The translations under genes were made by a program, and so were the position numbers. Under the pieces are notes generated by a model. It made no database searches and was not told the origin of the DNA. It worked only from the letters and a program-made list of their open reading frames with translations. A DNA stretch of 64,000 nt from Phoronis australis (taxonomy: Eukaryota > Animalia > Phoronida): NCBI GenBank assembly GCA_002633005.1, contig NMRA01000108.1, positions 539,006 to 603,005 of the forward strand, given 5' to 3'. Numbering within the stretch: the stretch's first letter is position 1; each line of letters starts with the position of its first letter. This document shows, in pieces, positions 1-8,741 of this stretch.

Positions 1-732
1 AATAGATGTTGCAATGCCGCGTAGTTGCCGACGAATAAAAACATAATGTAGTAAAACTAGTAAAACTAAAATGACGAGCGTCGATACTAAAATATATTAA
101 AATATCCCCACGTATCGAGCAATACTAGTTTCCCTATTATTGAGTTATTTGCTCTCTTCCGCTTTAACTCTTGAGGAGAAAGGTTATTTGTGGTATCGTT
201 ATAAGCTTCACTGGTGGTCAAATTCCTCCATAGACTCTATTCACGCGGCGGACATTAAAATCCAAAGCGAGGCTCACTGCGATAAACAAAGCGAAAGTAG
301 ACATTGCGTGAGTTAAATAGCCGGTCTTTCGAGTCCAACCTGGATATTGAATTTTAATATTGTGTCAACAATTAAACCACACAGACGTAGAAAATTACAT
401 TAGATAACATGTTAAGGCGTCAAAGACTTGTCTGACGAAAGGGTTTAATTTTTTTCGGAAAACTAGGTTCGAAACATGAAAAGTAAATATGACCAAATTG
501 CGGCGATCGTAGTGTTACGGATTAGGTATTATGCTGAATGCAGGGTTACTTTTTTCTTGTAAATTGTTGATCAAAATACTTTCTACGCGGACCAGGTCAT
601 CTGCTCGTATTGTTGACGAGTTGAAGACATATTCGACAGTGGTGGCTGTCATGTGCAATTAGTCACATCTGGTTTAATTTGTTGATCAAGAATATTAAAA
701 TCAAGCATAGCCTGATCCTATGCACTCCCTGG

Positions 733-750
733 NNNNNNNNNNNNNNNNNN
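733..750. other. Assembly gap
   Basis: Run of N. Confidence 1.
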
Positions 751-1019
751 CCCCGCCCTGTTGCAAGCTCTCATAGGCTCTGTCTCATTTTAAAGTAGCC
801 TTTTGTGCTCTTAAAAATTGTCACCTGTGTGGTTACAGGTTATGTGAACTCAGAGAGATTTTTCACTAGGGGAATTTTTATGCCTCGTGGGGGGAATTTC
901 GCGTGATATTTCAATATTTTTGAGAGGGGAATAGGGCCAATATTGGGCCCTAAATTTGAGTGATTGAGGGCTCTGTCCTTCTTGGAAACTGAGAAAAATT
1001 ATAATGTTTCAACCCGTAG

Positions 1020-1313
1020 CAGGGGCGGATCCAGGATTTTGAATTAGGGGGAGGGGGGCAGGCACAGGAATAAGCAACATTTCGGCAGATGCGCGCGCCC
1101 AGCCTAAAATCTGGGGATGCAAGGGTTTTGAATTCTTGGGTTTGTGGACCTGTTGACTAAAAAAAAAACGGTAAACGGGGTTCATTCAGCGCCTATGCGT
1201 TGTTTATTCACCCCCAAGACCCCCTGGTTGCGCACGTGTGCTAGTCAGCAATTCGCACCCGAACTCAAAAATGGGATTTGATACAATTTTAGTGCCCCCC
1301 CCTAAATCCGTAG
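1020..1313. mobile_element. G/C-run MITE (CAGGGGCGGATCC family), right end degenerate
   Basis: Starts CAGGGGCGGATCCAGGATTTTG, the reverse complement of the right end of the 19937-20090 element; ends in poly-C + TAAATCCG. Confidence 0.6.
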
Positions 1314-1705
1314 TTATGAAAATACAACCTGGCTGGCCCATTCTCTGATCGTTACTATGATGCTTGACAACTGACCGAGATGCTACAAAATATGATCTAA
1401 CTTTTCGAAAACATTTATTTTACACGGACATATTTTGCTTCGTCGGCGTATGGCAACGACCCAACGCTTCCGAATCTAAACGTCTTCAGAGATTGTGAAG
1501 CGTGTACGTACTTTTTTCTAGCCGTTCGGGGAACAACACGGACTGAAACACAGACTCCTATGCCGATAAGCTAACAGAGCTATCGTAGCGAGCCTCGTTT
1601 TGGAACGCGCCTCCTGTCGGCGTGAATAGGGTCTATGCTTGTGATTACTCATGGTTTTAAAAACTGTTAGCTTGCAGATCTATACTCTCTTCTCTTTCAT
1701 ATGAG

Positions 1706-1868
1706 GTTCGTGGTGACATTGTTCAAGAAAACGTTACCCAGTGCGTGCTGGAAATGCTGTTGGCGGGAACCGACACATCGTCGGTTACGATGTACTACCT
1801 ATTGGTGTCGTTAGCAGAAAAACCGGAAATTCAAGAGAAGGTTGTGGATGAGATAGCTCGGGTCATAG
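1706..1868 (+). CDS. CYP19: CYP19-like exon (equivalent to CYP19A1 exon 8; I-helix)
   Basis: Pyrimidine tract then GAG acceptor at 1703-1705; 163 nt; phase-1 GT donor at 1869; encodes RGDIVQENVTQCVLEMLLAGTDT...RVIG. Confidence 0.88.
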
Positions 1869-4800
1869 GTAAATGTCGGTCTGACGACTGTCACAAAGGC
1901 TGGGTTATTCCCATTTACTGGATGACCGGCTCACGATAAAGTTTCAATGAATGCCCAACGTTACCTGAGAGTGATAATGAAATATGACACCGCCAAAATT
2001 CCGGGACATATTTTAGTTAAGGTATAATTGCTCATGATCATGGCGTGATGGCATTTCCAGTTTTAAAACGTTTGTTATTGGATATATATTTGAAAACTCA
2101 CGAGTACTCTCGGATAAAATAATGCTGTAAATAAGCTGAACACGTAAGCTATGAATACTTATCTAAACCAATGCTCAAAAAACCGCAGTGTCCGGCGTAA
2201 TGTGACACACTATCATGCACTAACAAGTGCAGGTTTTGAAGTGATAATCGATTAAACTTACCACTTAGCAATGCATATTAGTTTGTGTGGATTTACTCAA
2301 TATGAAAGTGACGTGAAATTCAAGACACAATTCCGGACACTTTTGTGAAAGTTAGTCCAGTAGGCTTATTCTATAAGGAGCAGCCAATGACCACAGGCGC
2401 TTGAGTTTATCTGTTCCTCGGTCGCCACTGACGTCACTCACTACTAAGAATGCATGGTTATGAGTCATCGAGAAATTCGAGCGCCTGTGCCAATGACTAG
2501 GTTTCTGCAACACTTTCGACATTTATGTAACAGATAACTAAATAACCTTTCCATGATTCTCTGCGAGCCTCGGTGTAAAACGTCTGCGACCAGGCACAAA
2601 TGTCTTACGGAAGATGACTGTGGACAGCTAGTGCGTTTTTTTTAGTGACACCTATTTGGTTTCGTATGATACTATTGACCGCCTGCGGTAAAACATTTTG
2701 CACTCCCGATATCAACCGGACAAAGTTGTGCTGTGTAACGAGAATGAACGATTTGTTTAGTGATGAACTTACGGTTTTTTACCAGAAGAGGTTTAATCGA
2801 TCTAACTGTCTATGATCATCTACTATATAAAATGCATCGTTTGCACAAACGCCGTCTACCCCGCTCCACTACGGACCTTCGTTGCGCCCGTTTCGGCACC
2901 GCCTTGGTCCCAGGTATTCCACCAGCCACCTATTTGGATTCGAAGTGTCATATTTTGTCTCGCGGGTCGTTTTTCGCGGATGCGGAGGGAGGGTGGCCAG
3001 TTTTGTACTGGCCTTGATGACGTCAGTTCGTCGGCCTAATGGCTTGGGTGACGTCACTCCCTCCAGCTTCTGTCGCGTATATAATTCATCGGGCCTGTCG
3101 CCGCCAAAAGTAATGATCCCTCATTAAAAAATTATTACACTTCCTTAAGTAAACTAAATTATTTACGCTGGTGTTGGAAAATTGGTGTACTTCAGTTACC
3201 GGTATTTTGCTGCTAAATTTGCGATGCGTTCTTTGGCGCCATTGCGTCACCTATTGGCCAATTTCCATGTTAGTTATTCAAATGAGAAGTTGCGTACATG
3301 TCATAACAATCGCAAGAGGTTTAATTTCATTACAAGTTTTTACTATTGTATTATCAGAGGTTTCATTTCATTACAAGTTTTTACTATTGTATTATCAGAA
3401 AACCCAATTTCAGAAAAAAAAACTCTCGAGAGATATCACATTTTTTTTCGGAAATGGCTCGTACATGTACGTGCGCGTGTAATAAGTATGCACTGTTTTC
3501 AAAACGACCACAGATTTTCCTTTGTTACAAAAGGCGGATAAAAAATACATTTATTAGATTGTATATTTACTTCTATAAACGGCTGTAACGGGCAAGGTGA
3601 ATGTCGGTTCATTCCCAGATTCTGCATGCGCCCATGTAGGTTGTTAACTCTAAATTTCACGACGAGGTGACAAGCTGAGCACCGGGGTTGTGTGAAATTT
3701 CGGTCTTTAACGGAGCTCTACACACAGCTACCTACCTGTATGTTGACGATAGTTTTCATACAGCTAGCTGGCTTTCTACCCGTCAGATTGATGATGCATC
3801 TTTTGTAAATACATAAATATATTTTGTGTACGTATAGATTATGACATGGCGAAGTCGTTATCCGCCGTTATCTAGAGCCCGAGTGGATTGTGGAGAATTA
3901 TCGACCGAGGGGCGTTAGACCGGGGGTGATAATTCTCCAAAATCCACGAGGGCTCTAGAAAAGGGGGATAACGAGTGAGAACATGTAATAATCTAGTTAT
4001 ACCACATACTAAACGAGAAACATTGCAATGAATCGATCTACCTTTCTCGACTCGCCTCGGCTTTGTAACCACTTTCTATGTCCGGGTCGGAGGTCGTAAC
4101 CTTTTAAGGAAAACCGAGCTATTTTTGTCAAATAACGGTTTTACTCAAAACCAATTGGAAATTTAAACAAAATAGAAATGAAGTGAATCTATAAATTAAG
4201 GTTTAGCAACTATAGCTTACTACACATTTTATCACGCCAAGCTTCGACCGGGAAAATATCGTCTGCTAAAGTAGGTTACCACTAGTAACTGACTATAATG
4301 CTCAAGTCAAAGGAACCCGACGACACGATACCCGCATTCAAATTGGAGATCGGTGATTTACAAGTGAGAGAATACGAGATAAAAATTTCATAAAATATCG
4401 TTTTTATGGAAATTATGCGTCATATTTTTCATAGCGCATAAATGTCGGTGCAATGCCCTTTGCTGAACATGCGATTGTTGCGCGTGCTGATTTAAGTATT
4501 CTATTTTCACGTTCGATGACGTCAGCCGCTGAGTGGTGTAGTGGTAAAGTCGGCGACTCGAAACTCTTGACGCCCGGGTTTGAATCCGGCCTCGGTTTCC
4601 CGCATAAATGTTATCTCACAAGTGAGATAACTTTATGGGTTATTACACGGTTGTATCTGCCATTCGAGGCTAATATTGTGGTATAGTATACAGTATTTGA
4701 AATGCATTCTTAGTTTTCACTTTAAAGAATATCTGATTACTATACTTTGTGTTACAGCAGTGTCAAATGTTCTGGGAAGAAATTTGTACTGCCTGGGGAA

Positions 4801-6181
4801 AGAATCCCGCAGCCACACACCTTGCCTACTAAAACCTGACAGTGACTGAAATTCTGCTTGAAGGTTTGAACATGGCCTTTCAAGAAGTATTCCCGTTTCT
4901 TGCAATAAACATTAATGTTCACTCCTAGGAGTATCTACATGTACTTCTCTCGGCATTTCCCTCTAACTGTTACCGGCTAGTTCAATACGGCTAAAATAAA
5001 TCACGTGTCTTAGTAGTTAATTTGTGTTTAGATGTTAAGTTTTTAACTCATGACACTTATGCTTTGCATCGTTTTAGGCGACAGAGACGTAACAAAAGCT
5101 GACACGGTTAAGTTATTGTACATGGAGCAAGCTTTAAAAGAATCCATGCGCATCAAACCCGTAGGTCTAGTCGTGCTAAGGAGAGCTCTCCGAGATGACG
5201 TCATTGAGGGCCACGTGATCCCGGCTAACACAAACATCATCTTGAATCTTGCCCAAATGCATAGGCGAGAAGAACACTTTCCCAATGCCGACGTCTTTGA
5301 TCCCGACCATTTTGCGGACAAGGTGAGATATTTATATATTTCAAAAGGCTTGGTATATATTTTTCCCGGTTGGTTACTGGGACCTTACACGGCAGGGCTT
5401 CACTTGCTCCTCCTAGGGGCACCCCATTAATTCATTAGAAATTTGAGCTCTTCCACTGTATCTTACATTTTCTCAGTACATAAGTACCGGAATCGTTAGC
5501 GTCAACGACTCACAATATCACCAACCCAGATCTAAGTTAACTTTTGTGACGCAGAGCAATCATTGCATTATTGATGACTTTACGGACAGTCATAATACTG
5601 CAGGGAACGCTTAACAATGGACAAGATTGGTACTGTCTAAAATCCTCTCTCGTCTGAAAAACTCACGAAACGGGACCTCTTAGTAATGTGTTGCAGTCGG
5701 TCAAGTGTCGGCCAAAACCTCACTGCACAAGCTCGGCGTGTTAGGGAGAAGTCAGTTTACACCCTGCCTGCCCACCCTAGGCGGAGATTAAAAACGGTCT
5801 GCGTTTAACTTTAACACAAAGTCTTAGCAGATTTCAAAACAGATTTAAGTTATACCTGAACTGTTTTCTCCGCGCATACCTTTGGATTGGTCCGGCTTTT
5901 AGTGACTGCCCAGCTTCTATTTCCAGCAATTCCAAGAGGAATTTCTCCCGTTTGGAACTGGGCCCAAAGGGTGCATCGGACAATTTCTAGCCATGATAGA
6001 AATGAAAGCAATTTTGTGTACTTTGCTCCGAGAGTACAAGGTGAAATCATGTGGTCAGACTATCGCGTCAATGGCAACCAGGTGGGACATCGCTCAGCAA
6101 CCAACCGAGCCAAGCTATTTGTTCCTCGTTCCTCGACGACATTTGGTGGAAATTGGATGCAGTACAAAGCTGTCGAATTAA
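1706..6181 (+). CDS. CYP19: CYP19-family (aromatase-like) cytochrome P450, 3' part (three exons; 5' exons lie upstream of the window)
   Basis: Spliced translation of 1706-1868 + 5078-5322 + 5927-6181: VRGDIVQENVTQCVLEMLLAGTDTSSVTMYYLLVSLAEKPEIQEKVVDEIARVIG/DRDVTKADTVKLLYMEQALKESMRIKPVGLVVLRRALRDDVIEGHVIPANTNIILNLAQMHRREEHFPNADVFDPDHFADK/QFQEEFLPFGTGPKGCIGQFLAMIEMKAILCTLLREYKVKSCGQTIASMATRWDIAQQPTEPSYLFLVPRRHLVEIGCSTKLSN*. P450 I-helix, ExxR (ESMR) and heme motif (FGTGPKGCIG) are present. CYP19-specific strings RGD..ENV.QC.LEML, ESMR..PV, RAL.DDVI.G, TNIILN...MHR and MKAIL.TLLR are present. Introns fall at the CYP19A1 positions. Confidence 0.9.
2392..2489. mobile_element. 98-bp MITE with 8-bp TSD (hAT-like)
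   Basis: TIRs CACAGGCGCTTGAGTTT / AAATTCGAGCGCCTGTG; exact flanking duplication CCAATGAC at 2384-2391 and 2490-2497. Confidence 0.85.
3316..3399. repeat. 41-bp tandem duplication
   Basis: GAGGTTT(A/C)ATTTCATTACAAGTTTTTACTATTGTATTATCA occurs twice. Confidence 0.9.
3835..3995. repeat. Long imperfect hairpin (foldback element)
   Basis: Arms TAGATTATGACATG..CGTTATCC..TCTAGAGCCC..GTGGATT..TGGAGAATTATC and GATAATTCTCCA..AATCCAC..GGGCTCTAGA..GGATAACG..CATGTAATAATCTA. Confidence 0.85.
4528..4640 (+). mobile_element. tRNA-derived (SINE-head-like) sequence followed by a palindrome
   Basis: A-box TGGTGTAGTGG, B-box GGTTTGAATCC, acceptor-like pairing GCTGAG/CTCGGT, broken anticodon stem; then hairpin CATAAATGTTATCTCAC-AA-GTGAGATAACTTTATG. 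Confidence 0.55.
5078..5322 (+). CDS. CYP19: CYP19-like exon (equivalent to exon 9; K-helix ExxR)
   Basis: ttttag acceptor ending 5077; GTGAGA donor at 5323; 245 nt; phases 1 to 0 match the neighbouring exons. Confidence 0.92.
5927..6181 (+). CDS. CYP19: CYP19-like terminal exon (equivalent to exon 10; heme-binding Cys)
   Basis: ttccag acceptor ending 5926; FLPFGTGPKGCIG heme motif; TAA at 6179-6181. Confidence 0.92.
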   Translation, partial: QFQEEFLPFGTGPKGCIGQFLAMIEMKAILCTLLREYKVKSCGQTIASMATRWDIAQQPTEPSYLFLVPRRHLVEIGCSTKLSN

Positions 6182-6392
6182 AAGGAGTGGGAGACATCTT
6201 TTGCAACAACTACTTTACTTGGCAATGTCCATGTATTTGTAGAGATAAATACGAGTGGCCGATGACGTGATTTGTCGGTGAGGTTAGAATGTTGAATTAT
6301 GGGACAAAATTCATTGTTTTGCGTTCCATAGGCGAAGGGTACACGCCGCTAGATTCGTGGGTCTACGGAACCCATCCCTGATTACATGAACT

Positions 6393-6398
6393 AATAAA
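6393..6398 (+). promoter_or_regulatory. Candidate polyadenylation signal of the CYP19-like gene
   Basis: AATAAA ~210 nt after the stop, followed by GT/T-rich sequence. Confidence 0.5.
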
Positions 6399-6596
6399 AG
6401 TATTATACAAGTATCAGTCTCTTGATGGACAATGGTTTTAGTCATTTTTTGATGTGATCTAGATAGGGCAGAAGATTGGTCATGTAGGAAGCAATGGAAA
6501 AAAAACGATCCTCAATAGACAGGATGGCCGGATATTTCAGCTTCCTAAAATTTAATTCAGTCATCAAGTTTCTTGTTTCATAAAAACAAAGTCCTG

Positions 6597-7220
6597 ATAT
6601 TTTCCGTTCTGCGTTTGTGCGAAGTCTAAATAAGTGTCTCTTATTCTGTGTTTGGCGAACCTAGGGTTTCCCGGACGTGGATGGCTGTCTTGTTTTAATT
6701 TGCATCTGATGACCTGAGCATTAAAAGTTTTAAACTATAGTGTCCAGTTTGAGATCAAAAATTAAAGTTTTTGGTCGAAATCTCAAGCTTTCTGAAATTT
6801 GAAATCTCGAGGCTAAGGGTTATCAAGTGCAAACTTGAACTAGACACTCACTACTTTCGCATAAAACTAAAACGGAAAATCAAAAATAATTTTTAGATCG
6901 GAGATCTAGGTCGGACTTTTACTTGAGATCGAACTCGAAATTATGTTTGTCATTTCCATTTTACTTTTGTGCGAACTCAAGATGCCTTCTATGCTCGAGT
7001 ACATAATGGCTTACGTAGATAACTGTTCGATCTCAGTTTGCACTTAATGACCCCATAAGTCATTCTGAACTCGAAATACCGAGTATTTACTTGAAATCTC
7101 GAGTTATACTCGATTTTCTGGGCTAGAAACTCATTTACATAAACCACAACGTACTCAAACACAGAATAATAGTCACTTACCTTGAGTACGCACAAAAGCA
7201 GAATGGAAAATGACAGAAAA
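6597..7220. repeat. Degenerate repeat with direct and inverted copies of a ~35-bp unit
   Basis: TTTCCGTTCTGCGTTTGTGCGAAGTC (~6600) and TTTCCATTTTACTTTTGTGCGAACTCAAG (~6953) are direct copies; CTTGAGTACGCACAAAAGCAGAATGGAAAATGACA (~7181) is inverted. Confidence 0.55.
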
Positions 7221-7483
7221 GATTACATCCCTGCCGTAGTCCCCGGGCCCTCGTTCCCTGCTTTGCTAACGGAAAATCGCTCTGTCCTTGTATTCATTGC
7301 TACTCACTCTTTAATGTTTTATTTTAAAGTGGACGAAAGCTCGCTTAACGGTAACACGTGAACTTGTCACTGAACTTTTTTGTCATACCCGCCACTATAA
7401 CCGTTGGAGCACAATTGCGAAGTTGAGGCAATTTCCGGATTTAGTTGTAATGCGCATGCTCGGCCAAAGCACGTTCTGGCGTG

Positions 7484-7636
7484 CGTTCAGTAGACGCTAG
7501 GACCTACGCTAGGACCTACGCTAGGACCTAGCCAAAAGCTAGTCAAGGTCACGTGCTCTTATTTAAAATATACGGCAATATCTCGCGAAATCTCGCAAAG
7601 TTTTGCTTTTAATCTAGGTCCTAGCGTTACTGAACG
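7484..7636. mobile_element. Short MITE, copy 1
   Basis: TIRs CGTTCAGTAGACGCTAGGACCTA / TAGGTCCTAGCGTTACTGAACG; internal GGTCACGTG and ATCTCGCG motifs; homologous to 8601-8741. Confidence 0.8.
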
Positions 7637-8600
7637 GGAGGCTGGATTTTATGGTTAACTTCCTGTACATTCCTTCTCGGCTCCCAAACTATTGTTACTA
7701 CACCCTTTTACAGTGCTACGAAACGAGGTATGGAATGTTGTTTAACATGGATTCTCGTTGGTTAAAGTAATGAAACCGAAGTCATAATATTCAGTCATTC
7801 ATATTGGTTGAAATCTGGGAAACCTTTTCAGTTTACTGTTAGCCTACGCCGTATGGCGACCACCTTTAACTTGAATTGTTGTAATTTATTAAAAAGGGCA
7901 GTGATCGAAGTAAACAAAATCAAGGAAACGCCTATCCAGTGGCTTAAAGTCCTTCTCTCACGCGTTGTTAACCCTTATTACATGGTTAGAAGATGTTATA
8001 AGGATCCAAGAAGTACCTACCTCATAAGTAATACACGATCCGTACTCGAAAACAGTTTAAATGAACTCACCACTCACGATTCGCACCAGAAGAAACACCG
8101 CCATTTTGAACTTGCCGCGAACCCGGAAGTACAATTCATTCAGGAACCCAGGGCGAGAAAACGCCGTCAGTGCGACTGGAGCAGTGCCTGTACTGTTACC
8201 AGCCAGCAAACGGGGATTAAAAAATAGACAGCGCGTCTTAATTTTGATAAAATCAGACTACGGACAATTTTATGGAATTTGCTGAAGAAATGTGGCGAAT
8301 AAATTTTGACAGAAATTATTTTGCCAGACTCGGGACCGCAGCCTATCGGACCCGGTGCGGATCGAGACCAGACACTGGCGAACGGTAAATGCATGCGGTT
8401 GCAAGCTGTTTTGTCGAAGTAAAATGGTCAAATGATAAATGCTGCATATATTCAAGGGTAGTTTCAGATACTTGCATGAAATTACGGGCTGGTTAGTCCT
8501 GTGTAACACTGCCGCGGCAGACTTTAGTTAGCCTCAGTCACCAGCAACCAGTGAAGACTATAGTCAAAATACAGCTTGTTAGTAGGCCTATACAGGCGTG

Positions 8601-8741
8601 CGTTCAGTAGACGCTAGGACCTACGCTAGGACCTAGCTAAAACCTAGTCAAAGTCACGTGTTCTTATTCAAAATACACGGCGAAATCTCACGTATTCTCG
8701 CGAAGTCTTGCTTTTTAGCGAGGTCCTAGCGTTACTGAACG
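8601..8741. mobile_element. Short MITE, copy 2
   Basis: Same TIRs and interior as 7484-7636. More degenerate relatives lie near 13600-13690, 36890-36960 and 40060-40300. Confidence 0.8.

Larger units (their letters stand above)
231..1635. mobile_element. Non-autonomous TIR DNA element with nested insertions, in a CYP19 intron
   Basis: Left TAGACTCTATTCACGC (231) versus right GCGTGAATAGGGTCTA (ends 1635). Subterminal inverted block TCCAAAGCGAGGCTCACTGCGATA / TATCGTAGCGAGCCTCGTTTTGGA. TA at both ends. Confidence 0.7.

Noticed and set aside
4528-4596. Functional tRNA gene
   Set aside because: Anticodon stem does not pair and the T-loop is mutated (GTTTGA); treated as a tRNA-derived repeat.
5887-6270. 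127-aa ORF over the last P450 exon
   Set aside because: Alternative frame of the true CYP exon, whose heme motif lies in another frame.
7808-8227. 139-aa ORF between the two MITE copies
   Set aside because: Non-ATG start, no transposase catalytic motif and no splice-site support.
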